DNA of 64,000 nt from Polyangiaceae bacterium (GTDB lineage: Bacteria > Myxococcota_A > Polyangia > Polyangiales > Polyangiaceae): the NCBI GenBank assembly GCA_044376115.1, contig JBILLK010000014.1, positions 96,001 through 160,000 on the forward strand. The letters are read 5' to 3'. How positions within the stretch are numbered: the first letter of the stretch is position 1; every line of letters begins with the position of its first letter. Below the pieces are notes generated by a model. It was not told the origin of the DNA, ran no database searches, and saw nothing but the letters and a program-made list of their open reading frames with translations. Positions 26,339-35,454 of the stretch are shown here, in pieces. The position numbers and the translations under genes are program-made.

Positions 26339-28183
26339 TCAGCTCTGACTGGGCCGCCGCAGCAGATGCTGCCCAAGTACAAGCACGTCCATGTTCGTGC
26401 GTAAGAAACAGTCGAGCGCCTCCTCCGGACGACAGACCACGGGCTCGTTCTCGTTGAACGAAGTGTTGAGCACCATGGGCACCGACGTGCGCTTAGCGAA
26501 GGCGCTGATCAGCTCATGGTAGATGGGGTTGGAGGTCTTGCTGACCGTCTGCAAGCGACCGCTGCCATCAACGTGCGTAATCGCCGGAACTAGGGCGCGC
26601 TTCTCCTCGCGGACCTGGAAGACCTGCATCATGAACGGCACCTCGCCTTGCTGCTCGAACCAGTCGAAGGAGGCCTCGGCGAGGATGCTAGGAGCGAACG
26701 GTCGAAACGATTCGCGCCGCTTGATCTTGCTGTTGAGGATGTCCTTCATGTTGGCGCGGCGGGGGTCCGCGACGATGGAGCGATTGCCGAGCGCGCGCGG
26801 GCCCCATTCCATCCGCCCTTGAAACCAGCCGATCACCTCACCGTTTGCGACGGCCTCCGAGACGACCTCGCAAAGGGAGGCCGTGTCAGCGAAGTGTTGG
26901 CGCTGCAAACCGTCCAGCCGCGAGCCCGCTGCATCCAGCGTTTTCTTGATCTCGGCGTCATCAAACTCCGGGCCCCAATAGGCGTGATCCATTGCATGGG
27001 TTGGCAGCACGCTGCCGCCACCTTCGCGAGCGACGACCATGGCCGCGCCGATGGCGCCGCCCGCATCACCAGCCGCAGCTTGGATGTAGACGTTCTTGAA
27101 GCGCGAGCGCAGCGCCACCTTGCCGTTCGCGACCGAGTTCATTGCGCAGCCGCCTGCCAGCGCGATGTTGTCGCACGGGTAACGACGATGCAGTTCCTCG
27201 AGCAGGTGAAAGAACGCTTCCTCGTACATGGCTTGTGCGGAGTGCGCGAGATCCCGATGGCGGTCGGAGAGCGGCTCTTCCTTGCTGCGTGCCGGTCCTA
27301 GCAACGACTCGAGGGCCGGTGCGTAAAGCCGTCCGACCTCGGGCGAGCCGTTGTTCCAGGTGTAATGGAACGTCTCTTTGTGGTGGACGAAGTAGTCGAG
27401 GTTGAGCCTGAACTCGCCGCCCTCCACGAGCTGCACGATCTTCCGCATCTCAGGAAGAAAGGTTGGCTTTCCGTACGGCGCGAGGCCCATCACCTTGTAC
27501 TCGTCCCCGTAATGGGTAAAGCCGAGGTGCTGCGTCATCGCTTGGTAGAAGGCGCCGAGGGAGTGCGGAAAAAACACTCGACCGTCCACCTTTACGTCGC
27601 CTCGACTGCCAAAGCCCCACGCTGCGCTGGAGAAGTCACCAAAGCCATCCACCGAGACCGTCACGGCCTCTTGGAATGGCGATACAGCGTAGGCCGACGC
27701 GAGGTGACAGAGGTGATGTTCAACGTTGCGCACGACACCGAGGAAGCGCTCACCCGGAAACGCACGCTCGAGTTCGTCGGCGATGGTCGCCTTCTTCATC
27801 GTGTTGGACAGACGCTGCCACAACCAGTCGGGACCGGGCCTACGCTTCAACAGGTAGCTCAGCTTCTCGAACCGGTTGGCCGCTGGGTCCGTATTGACGG
27901 CCAGAGCATCCACGTCGGAGAGCTTCAACTTATTGGCCGCCAAACAGTAGCGAATGGCCTCCGACGGAAAGCCCGCCCAGTGTTTGATGCGCCGAAAGCG
28001 CTCCTCTTCCACCGCTGCGACGAGCTTGCCACCCACCACCAGACAAGCCGAAGAGTCACCGTGATAGGCGTTGAGCCCAAGCACGACCCTCCGCGCGGGG
28101 TCTGTCGTAACCGGAGCGTTGCGAGTCGGCACCGACTTCAGAACGCCCTCTACCCAATCCGTAGCAAGCTTCGTCGAGATCAC
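26339..28183 (-). CDS. Carbamoyltransferase, NodU/CmcH family
   Basis: HGDSSAC, EEERF.R.KH, EHH.CH, DGFGD, GCAMNS, GPRALGNRS, RESFRPFAP, LNTSFN. Confidence 0.92.
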   Translation of the reverse strand: MISTKLATDWVEGVLKSVPTRNAPVTTDPARRVVLGLNAYHGDSSACLVVGGKLVAAVEEERFRRIKHWAGFPSEAIRYCLAANKLKLSDVDALAVNTDPAANRFEKLSYLLKRRPGPDWLWQRLSNTMKKATIADELERAFPGERFLGVVRNVEHHLCHLASAYAVSPFQEAVTVSVDGFGDFSSAAWGFGSRGDVKVDGRVFFPHSLGAFYQAMTQHLGFTHYGDEYKVMGLAPYGKPTFLPEMRKIVQLVEGGEFRLNLDYFVHHKETFHYTWNNGSPEVGRLYAPALESLLGPARSKEEPLSDRHRDLAHSAQAMYEEAFFHLLEELHRRYPCDNIALAGGCAMNSVANGKVALRSRFKNVYIQAAAGDAGGAIGAAMVVAREGGGSVLPTHAMDHAYWGPEFDDAEIKKTLDAAGSRLDGLQRQHFADTASLCEVVSEAVANGEVIGWFQGRMEWGPRALGNRSIVADPRRANMKDILNSKIKRRESFRPFAPSILAEASFDWFEQQGEVPFMMQVFQVREEKRALVPAITHVDGSGRLQTVSKTSNPIYHELISAFAKRTSVPMVLNTSFNENEPVVCRPEEALDCFLRTNMDVLVLGQHLLRRPSQS

Positions 28184-28431
28184 GGGGCGGCCACCTTACA
28201 CCTGATGGGGACTTCGTTTTGCTGCAATCCGCCCGTAGACGGCGGTTGTCCGACCGAGCCAGAGGCGTCCGCGCGATCTGTTGCCGGGATGCGGAGAACC
28301 ATTCAATCCTGCAGGCGGTACGATTTTGCCGGGGACGTGTAAGGAGGCCACCGGACCTTCGTTTCCGTATCGACGCTGACGCTCCCCTTCGAGTGCACGT
28401 CGAAAAAGTTCGCTTCCCTAAGGAGGAATCC

Positions 28432-29358
28432 GTGCGCTTCATCACGACCCATTGGCGCGGCTCGCGCGCATGCCCATTGCTTGTCAGCTGCCTACTTTCA
28501 TTCTCCATCGCCTGCGGAGCCAGCTCCCCGGACGCGCCGATTTCGCCGGATCGGGTCGGGATGCAACCCAGCCAAGCCCTTGCAGCTCCGCCCCAGAGTG
28601 GGCCGGCAATGAACTCGCCCGGGGCGCCTGCTGCAGATCCGGGCTCACTAACGACTCCCGCGACTCCCGCGGCGCCCAACGCGCCCATCTCCACGAAGGT
28701 CCCCGCAAAGAGCGTGACCCGCGGCGCAACTGAGCTCGCCAAGAGTGGAGAACGGCCCGCGAAGCCGAACGTGATGATCCTCTACACCGGCGATATGAGT
28801 CTGCAGGTACCGGAAGGCGAGATCAGCAAGAGCATCGACGAAGCTGTCTCGATCGCTGAGCGATTTGGCGGCTATCTAGGCGGAAGAACCAATGCGACGG
28901 TGAAACTCAAGATCCCTTCGGGGAGCTTTCGGGAAGCGCTGACCGAGATCGAGAAGCTCGGCGTCGTTGGGCACGAGAACATCAACGCAGACGACGTGAC
29001 CGCGGAGTTTCACGACCTCGAGGTGCGCTTGGAGAACCTGAAGGCCACCCGCAAGCGAGTGGAAGAGTTCCTCGCGCGAGCGACGACCCTCGCCGACATG
29101 TTGACTGTGCAACGCGAACTCGAGCGCATCGCGGCGGAGATGGACAGCATCTCCGGGAGGCTACGTTTTCTTCGCGAGCACACAGCGTTCAGCACGCTGA
29201 CCATCTCTCTCTCGGCGATCGTGAGGCCCACTCCGGTCGTCGCGGCGCAGCCCCCACCACCACCGCCTGCCCCGCCGGCACGCACGGTCGATCTGCCGGT
29301 GCCTTGGTTCGCCACACTTGGCATTGGCCCCCTCCTGACCCTCCCCGAGAAGAAGTGA
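28432..29358 (+). CDS. DUF4349-like lipoprotein
   Basis: RBS AAGGAGG before GTG 28432, lipobox FSIAC, Pro/Ala linker, DVTAEFHDLEVRL coiled coil, AFSTLTI. Confidence 0.75.
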   Translation: MRFITTHWRGSRACPLLVSCLLSFSIACGASSPDAPISPDRVGMQPSQALAAPPQSGPAMNSPGAPAADPGSLTTPATPAAPNAPISTKVPAKSVTRGATELAKSGERPAKPNVMILYTGDMSLQVPEGEISKSIDEAVSIAERFGGYLGGRTNATVKLKIPSGSFREALTEIEKLGVVGHENINADDVTAEFHDLEVRLENLKATRKRVEEFLARATTLADMLTVQRELERIAAEMDSISGRLRFLREHTAFSTLTISLSAIVRPTPVVAAQPPPPPPAPPARTVDLPVPWFATLGIGPLLTLPEKK

Positions 29359-29365
29359 GTTCAAC

Positions 29366-29830
29366 GTGAAGCTACGTACAATCCTTACCGCTGCCTTGTT
29401 CGCCACCACCGCGGCCTGCTCCAGTGGGGCCCACGTCACTGCACCCGACGGCTTCGCTGAGCTTGATTCGAGCGAGGACTACAGTTACCGCGCCACGAGT
29501 GCAGAAGGTGTCGTGATCGCCGTCCGCACCGAAGCCAACGAGCCTCGTGGCAACCTCGCCTTCTGGACCAGCGCGATCGACCACCGGCTGCAGAAGTCGG
29601 GCTATGTGCCGCAAGCGGACGGCGCCGTCGCAGTTGCCTCCGAGGCCGGTTTGCCCGGCAAACGCTTGCGTTACAAGCTCGAGAACGCTGGCAGGCCGCA
29701 CGAGTATTGGGTCACCGTCTTCGTCACCGACACGCGCGTGATCGTCGTGGAGGCAGCGGGTGATCGCGACTTCTTCGATGCCTCGGTGCAGAAGCAGATC
29801 GAGATCGCCACCAAGACGATCAAGACCTGA
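29366..29830 (+). CDS. Hypothetical lipoprotein
   Basis: Signal peptide ending TAAC; 7 bp after the upstream gene. Confidence 0.7.
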   Translation: MKLRTILTAALFATTAACSSGAHVTAPDGFAELDSSEDYSYRATSAEGVVIAVRTEANEPRGNLAFWTSAIDHRLQKSGYVPQADGAVAVASEAGLPGKRLRYKLENAGRPHEYWVTVFVTDTRVIVVEAAGDRDFFDASVQKQIEIATKTIKT

Positions 29831-29847
29831 AGTATCTTCGCGCGGAC

Positions 29848-31401
29848 ATGAAGCGCGCACTCTGGCTCTTGCTGACGACCGTGTGGTGCGTCATTGCGAG
29901 GCCCGCGCGAGCCGACGATTTGGCTGACATCCAAGCTCGAGGGGAGCTGCGCTGGGGAGCCGATCAAGAGGGTGGCGGGCCGTTCGTCTATCCCAAAGAG
30001 GATGGCAGTGGCGAGGTAACTGGCTTCGAAGTGGAGCTAGCGCAAGCCATCGCCGCGGAGCTCGGGGTGAAGGCCACCTTCACCCAAGGCAACTGGGACA
30101 AGCTCCCTGACTTGCTTCGAATTGGGCAGGTTGACTGTGTACTCAACGGCTACGAGTACACAGCGGAGCGGGCCGAGCAGATGTCGACTTCGCGGCCCTA
30201 CTTTGTTTACGGCCTGCAGCTTCTCATTCACTACGACGCAGCGATCGGTTGGGCGACGCTCGCGCGCCCTGCAACACCGAAGCGAACCGTCGGGGTGCTG
30301 AACGGCTCCGCCGCCGAGAGCCTCGTGCGCAGCAAGCTTGGCGACGCTGTCGAGGTCGTGACCTACGACGGCAACACCGACGCGATGCGCGAAGTACGCA
30401 CCCAAAAGATCGATGCCACGGTGCAAGACACGCCGATCGTGGCCTTCTACTCGCGCGATTTTCCGGAGCTGCTCGCGGTCGGTGCACCGGAGGCCGAAGG
30501 GACCTACGTGATCTACAGCCGCCGCGGGCAACCGCGCCTGCAGCACGCGCTCGATACGGCGCTGACCAAGCTCTATCGCACCGGGGAGTTCGAGCGGATT
30601 TATGAGCGTTATGGCTTGTGGACCGCATCGCAAAAGAAGCTGGCGGAGGCCTACAAGAGCGACCCGCCTCCACCAAGTGTCGCAGAATCCAGCGAGGCTG
30701 CGCCGTCGCGACAGCGAGCGTTTGGCTCGGTCGTTTGGGATCACGCCGGGACGCTGCTCTGGTCGGCCGGCCTAACGGTTTTGCTCGCAGTCACCGCCTT
30801 TCCGTTGGCGGTTTTGCTCGGGGCGTTGGTCGCGCTGTTACGACACTCGGGGCCGCGAGTACTCCGCCCCGTGCTCACGGCTTATGTGGAATTTCTGAGG
30901 GGGACTCCGCTTCTGCTGCAGCTCTATGTGATCTTCTTTCTGCTTCCGGAGTGGGGGCTGCGGCTGCCAGCCTTGGCGACAGCCATCTTGGGGCTGGGCC
31001 TGAACTACTCGGCCTACGAGTCGGAGATCTTTCGCGCGGGGCTGGCCGCGATCCCGAAAGGACAAGAGGAAGCAGCAGCCGCGCTTGGTCTCTCCCGCAT
31101 GCAAACGCTTCGCTACGTGATTGCGCCGCAGACCTTGCGCGTCGTGCTGCCACCCATGGCCAATGACTTCATCGCGCTGTTCAAAGACACCAGCGTCTGT
31201 TCGGTCATCACCATCGTCGAGTTGACCAAACGCTACTCGGTCCTGTCGATGAGCACGCAAGCAACGCTGGAGCTAACGCTCGCGACGGCGGTGCTCTACT
31301 TGGCCATGAGTTTGCCCGCGAGTGCGCTGGCCAAACGCATCGAACGACGCCTAGCGCGACGGCCTGTCGCGCTCGAGGAGCAACATGCTGCGCGTAGCTG
31401 A
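29848..31401 (+). CDS. Polar amino-acid ABC transporter, fused substrate-binding protein and permease
   Basis: SBP family 3 (GFEVELA.AIA) followed by RGTPLL and EAA-loop (GQEEAAAALG) TM domain. Confidence 0.9.
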   Translation: MKRALWLLLTTVWCVIARPARADDLADIQARGELRWGADQEGGGPFVYPKEDGSGEVTGFEVELAQAIAAELGVKATFTQGNWDKLPDLLRIGQVDCVLNGYEYTAERAEQMSTSRPYFVYGLQLLIHYDAAIGWATLARPATPKRTVGVLNGSAAESLVRSKLGDAVEVVTYDGNTDAMREVRTQKIDATVQDTPIVAFYSRDFPELLAVGAPEAEGTYVIYSRRGQPRLQHALDTALTKLYRTGEFERIYERYGLWTASQKKLAEAYKSDPPPPSVAESSEAAPSRQRAFGSVVWDHAGTLLWSAGLTVLLAVTAFPLAVLLGALVALLRHSGPRVLRPVLTAYVEFLRGTPLLLQLYVIFFLLPEWGLRLPALATAILGLGLNYSAYESEIFRAGLAAIPKGQEEAAAALGLSRMQTLRYVIAPQTLRVVLPPMANDFIALFKDTSVCSVITIVELTKRYSVLSMSTQATLELTLATAVLYLAMSLPASALAKRIERRLARRPVALEEQHAARS

Positions 31402-32119
31402 GCTCGTAGTTCACGCCGGGGGGAACACCGTACTTGCAGGCGTCTCACTCGTCGTCGAGCCTGGTCAGGTCGTAGCGCTGGTCGGAGCGAGCGGCTCTGG
31501 CAAGACGACGCTGCTCCGCGCCGTGCAGGGACTCGCGCGCTTCTCCGCAGGCACCCTCCAAGTAGGAGAGGACAGCTACGGCCCGGAGTCTGTGAACCCG
31601 CGCTCCGGTAAGGCCAAGGTTGGCTTGGTCTTTCAGGACTACCAGCTGTTCGAGCACTTGGACGTGCTCGCGAATTTGACGCTGGCCCCGCGCATCGTTG
31701 AGCGCGAACCAGCCGATTCAGTGAATCGGCGCGCGAGCGACCTGCTGCGTGAGTTCGAACTCGAGGAGCTCGCTGCACGTCGGCCAAGCGAGATCTCTGG
31801 CGGGCAAAAGCAACGCGTGGCGATCGCCCGCGCACTGATGATGGAGCCGAGCTGCCTGCTGCTAGACGAGCCTACGGCAGCGCTCGATCGCCAAGCGCGA
31901 GAGCGGCTCTACGAACTCATACGCGGCCTCGCAGCGCGTGGCCTTGCAGTGCTAGCCGCAACTCACGATCTCGAGTTCGCAGCTCGCGCTGCAAGCCAAG
32001 TTGCGGTGCTCGCTGGAGGCAAGGTGGTTGAGTTTGGGGAAGCGGAGGCGGTGCTCGCTGCGCCACGTGAAGAGGCTTCACGAGCGTTGCTCAAGGCTGC
32101 AACCGCAGCGCTAGACTGA
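31385..32119 (+). CDS. Amino-acid ABC transporter ATP-binding protein
   Basis: GASGSGKT, ISGGQKQRV, LLLDEPT. Confidence 0.92.
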   Translation: MLRVAELVVHAGGNTVLAGVSLVVEPGQVVALVGASGSGKTTLLRAVQGLARFSAGTLQVGEDSYGPESVNPRSGKAKVGLVFQDYQLFEHLDVLANLTLAPRIVEREPADSVNRRASDLLREFELEELAARRPSEISGGQKQRVAIARALMMEPSCLLLDEPTAALDRQARERLYELIRGLAARGLAVLAATHDLEFAARAASQVAVLAGGKVVEFGEAEAVLAAPREEASRALLKAATAALD

Positions 32120-32145
32120 GTTCCGGCGGACCAACCTCTAGCAGG

Positions 32146-33513
32146 TCAAAGCTCCTCGATCCGCAACACGACTGGCGACTCGGGAAGCAGGGGCGTAAGC
32201 GACTGTAGCGCCGATCGAACGGCGCCCTCTCGCGCTTGGTGCGTGACAAGGATGATGCGCGCTCGCTCGCCCTTCCCCTCCGATTGGCTCACTTGGGAAA
32301 GCGAGACGCCATGTTCGGCGAGGGAGCTGGCGATACGCGCGAGCACCCCGGGACGGTCGCTCACCTCGAAACGAAGGTAATAGCGCAGCTCGAAGTCGGA
32401 GCGCGGCATCAGGCTGCGAGCCTGAATCGGGCGGGCCCCCGTCACCATCCCAGGAACCCCAGCCACCAGCGACCGACCGACCTCGATCAGATCCGCTACC
32501 ACCGAGACAGCGGTGGGCATGTCGCCTGCGCCGCGTCCGGAGATGAACAGCGGACCAAGCGCCCGGCCTTCCAACTTCACGGCGTTCTGCGCACCGGAAA
32601 CGTTGGCCCACACGCTCGACTGGCGAACCAACGCGGGGTGCGCACGGAGCTCGACGGCGCTGCCATGGTCGCGGCCCACGACCAGATGTTTGACGCTGTA
32701 GCCAAGCTTGCTCGCTGCCTCGATATCAACCGAGGAAAGCGCAGCGATGCCTTCCACCATAAGGGCGTTGAGATCGCTGGGCGGCTTTGCGCCAAACGCC
32801 AGCATCGCCAAAACCAAGAGCTTCTGCGCAGCGTCGTGACCGCCGATATCGAGCGATGGATCCGCCTCCGCGAAGCCCTTCGCTTGCGCCTCGGCGAGCG
32901 CGCTCTCGAAGGAAACGCCAGCGTCACTCATCTGCGTGAGGATGTAGTTCGAGGTACCGTTCAGGATGCCGGCAAGCGCGAACACCTCATCGCTCGCGGC
33001 CGCGTCGCGCAGCGTCCGAATGATCGGAATGCCGCCGCCTACCGCTGCTTCAAACGCCAGATCGACCTGGTGATGAGCGGCCAGTTCGAGCAGCGCGGTG
33101 CCACGGGCGGCCAGCAAAGCTTTGTTGGCCGTCACGACACAACGACCTCGGCTGAGAGCGCCCTCGATCAGGCGGCCAGAAAGCTCGAGCCCGCCCATGA
33201 CCTCGACGAAAACGTCGATATCGGGGTCGTTGAGCAGCTCATCCGGGTTGGTGGTCAGCGCGATGCCCGCCGCTTGCGGTGCGCGCGGTTTGGCCAGATC
33301 GCGGACAAGGATCTTCGAAACTACGATGGGAACGCCAACGCGCTGGGCAAGCTGCGCCGAGTTCTTTTCTAACAAAGAGAGCACGCCGCCACCGACCACC
33401 CCGCACCCGAGTAGGCCTACGCGTATGGGGTTTCCGCCGCGGGGGCGGCGCCGTTCCGTTGCGGGACGGCCGGTTGGGGAAGCTGGAGTGACCTCGGTAT
33501 CGGACGGGCTCAT
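32146..33513 (-). CDS. hom: Homoserine dehydrogenase with ACT domain
   Basis: GLLGCGVVG, VTANKA, FEAAVGGGIP, GILNGTSNY, G.GAG..PTA, C-terminal DRPGVL. True start about 33513. Confidence 0.92.
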   Translation of the reverse strand: MSPSDTEVTPASPTGRPATERRRPRGGNPIRVGLLGCGVVGGGVLSLLEKNSAQLAQRVGVPIVVSKILVRDLAKPRAPQAAGIALTTNPDELLNDPDIDVFVEVMGGLELSGRLIEGALSRGRCVVTANKALLAARGTALLELAAHHQVDLAFEAAVGGGIPIIRTLRDAAASDEVFALAGILNGTSNYILTQMSDAGVSFESALAEAQAKGFAEADPSLDIGGHDAAQKLLVLAMLAFGAKPPSDLNALMVEGIAALSSVDIEAASKLGYSVKHLVVGRDHGSAVELRAHPALVRQSSVWANVSGAQNAVKLEGRALGPLFISGRGAGDMPTAVSVVADLIEVGRSLVAGVPGMVTGARPIQARSLMPRSDFELRYYLRFEVSDRPGVLARIASSLAEHGVSLSQVSQSEGKGERARIILVTHQAREGAVRSALQSLTPLLPESPVVLRIEEL

Positions 33514-33577
33514 GAGGTCAGCGAGTCTAAACCTTCTCCCGCATGTACGTGACGGTAGAGCGTGTATGCTCCCCGCC

Positions 33578-35446
33578 ATGTCGGAAAAAGGCTTCATGGG
33601 CGGCTCGATGAAGTTTGCGGTTGGAGAGGGCGACGGCCCTGCTGAGGTTCCCGAAGGACCGTTGCTTCCCCTTCGGCTGTTGTTGGTCACCTCGCTCGTC
33701 CCGTCGGACGACAGCAACGGAGGAGCCTCTGCACCGCAGAGCCCCGTTCGGATTGACCTCTCGAACCCAGCAGGCCTGTTCGCGAAGATCCGGCCGCGCG
33801 CGGTGATTGAGGTGCCCAGCGTGCTCGACGGCGGGCGGCCGGTGAAGGTCGAGTTTGCGCCGCAGAACCTTCGTAGCTTCCGGCCGGATGGGTTGCTGGC
33901 GGAGGTATCGATCTTGCGCACCCTGCTCGACGGAAAGCTGATCATCGATCGACTGCGCGCCGCAGAGATCACCGAGGATCAAGCCTACGGTCAGCTCGAA
34001 CGAGCATGGGGTAGCTCTACCCTCGTGACCGACGTCCTTGGACGCGAGCCGGTGGCGCGCAAGCCGGAGGCCGCGCTCTTGCCGCAACCAGCAGCACCAA
34101 AGCCTCAGACCGCGGGGTCATCGGCCCTCGACTCTCTGCTCGACATGGTGGACATCCCCGAGTCGACAGCCCCTGTGGTCGATGATGCGCCGAAGAACAC
34201 GGACCAGATCGGTCGCATCATTTCGGAGTTTGCGCTCGGAGGCCGCGCACGAGCTGGCCGGGGAAAGACGGGCATCCCGCTCGTGGAGGAGGCCATCGCT
34301 GCGCAGCTCGGTGCCATCCTCCAACACCCGGAGGTTCGCCGACTCGAGCGTTCCTACCGCGCAATCAACTTCCTTTGCGAACGTGCACAACGCATCCCCG
34401 GCGTACTGCTCGACGTTCAGGGAATTGGCGCGGACGGCGCAGCGGCAGCCTTCAAACAGGCCCTCGGCTTCGGTCGCGACGTACCGTTCTCACTCGCCGT
34501 CGTCGATAGTGACATCGACGGAACGGGGCGCTCCTTCTCCGAACTCGAAGCGATCGCCGAAGCAGCGCAAGACGCAGTTTGCCCGGCCATCGTCAACGGC
34601 ACCGAGAAGCTGCTGGGCGTCGGAGATCTCGAGCGAGTCGAGAAGCTCGACAGCAAGCTCAACCTTTACACCGCGCCGCATCGTGCGCCCTGGCGAAGCG
34701 CTGCAGAGAAGCCGGCCTTGCGCTGGGTGGCGATCGCCATCAACGGGGTGCTGTTTCGCGCGCCCTACGACAAACAGAGTTCTCGTGTTCGCGAAGCCAA
34801 CGTCCGTGAGACGCCGAACGACCAGGAGGCCTTCGTTTGGATGGCGCCAGCCTTCGCAGTGGCAGCGGTGACGATCCAAAGCTTCAAAGATACGGGCTGG
34901 CCGGGCCGTATCACCGGCGCACGGCATGGCCAGGTCGAGAACCTCCCCGTGCGCGAGATCGAAGACGACGGCGTGCCCATCGCCATTCCCACCCAAGCCT
35001 TCATCAGCACAGAGACGCAACGAGAGCTCTCGCGCATCGGTATTCTTGCGCTTTCATCGGCGCCCAATAGCGACGCCGTCTACTTGCACACAGCGCCCAC
35101 GGCTTACGTAAAGCCGGACAAGAAGACCTACGATATCGCTGGGGAAGAGCTCGAGAACCGACCGCCGGCGATGTCCCTCGTCGACCAGTTGTTCGTCGCT
35201 CGCTTGGTCCAGTTTGCGCGGGCGATCTGCAGCAAGCTACCGAGAGAGACCTCCAGCGCAGAGGCGCAAGAAATTCTGGCAGCGGCGACTTGGGCCTTGT
35301 TCGAGAAAGCGCCGCCCTCGGGGCCTTCACTCAAGGTTACCGTCAGTCACGATAGCGACGGGCCAGTCGCTCGCTTCATCGTTGAACCAAGGCGGTTCCT
35401 TGGCGTTTCGCTCGAAGAGTTCTCGTTTGAAATGCCGATCGGCTGA
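33578..35446 (+). CDS. Divergent single-chain TssB-TssC (T6SS contractile sheath) fusion
   Basis: N-terminus aligns by eye with TssB (LPLRLLLV; LRSFRPDGLLAEVSILRTLL). Remainder aligns with TssC (QLGAILQHPEVRRLERSYRAINFL; LFRAPY; VENLP; IPTQAFIS; QLFVARL). Confidence 0.75.
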   Translation: MSEKGFMGGSMKFAVGEGDGPAEVPEGPLLPLRLLLVTSLVPSDDSNGGASAPQSPVRIDLSNPAGLFAKIRPRAVIEVPSVLDGGRPVKVEFAPQNLRSFRPDGLLAEVSILRTLLDGKLIIDRLRAAEITEDQAYGQLERAWGSSTLVTDVLGREPVARKPEAALLPQPAAPKPQTAGSSALDSLLDMVDIPESTAPVVDDAPKNTDQIGRIISEFALGGRARAGRGKTGIPLVEEAIAAQLGAILQHPEVRRLERSYRAINFLCERAQRIPGVLLDVQGIGADGAAAAFKQALGFGRDVPFSLAVVDSDIDGTGRSFSELEAIAEAAQDAVCPAIVNGTEKLLGVGDLERVEKLDSKLNLYTAPHRAPWRSAAEKPALRWVAIAINGVLFRAPYDKQSSRVREANVRETPNDQEAFVWMAPAFAVAAVTIQSFKDTGWPGRITGARHGQVENLPVREIEDDGVPIAIPTQAFISTETQRELSRIGILALSSAPNSDAVYLHTAPTAYVKPDKKTYDIAGEELENRPPAMSLVDQLFVARLVQFARAICSKLPRETSSAEAQEILAAATWALFEKAPPSGPSLKVTVSHDSDGPVARFIVEPRRFLGVSLEEFSFEMPIG

Positions 35447-35454
35447 GGTGCAGC

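Noticed and set aside
33098..33972. Apparent long overlap between hom and the sheath-fusion ORF
   Set aside because: Artefact of longest-ORF starts; homology begins at about 33513 (minus) and 33578 (plus), giving ordinary divergent genes.
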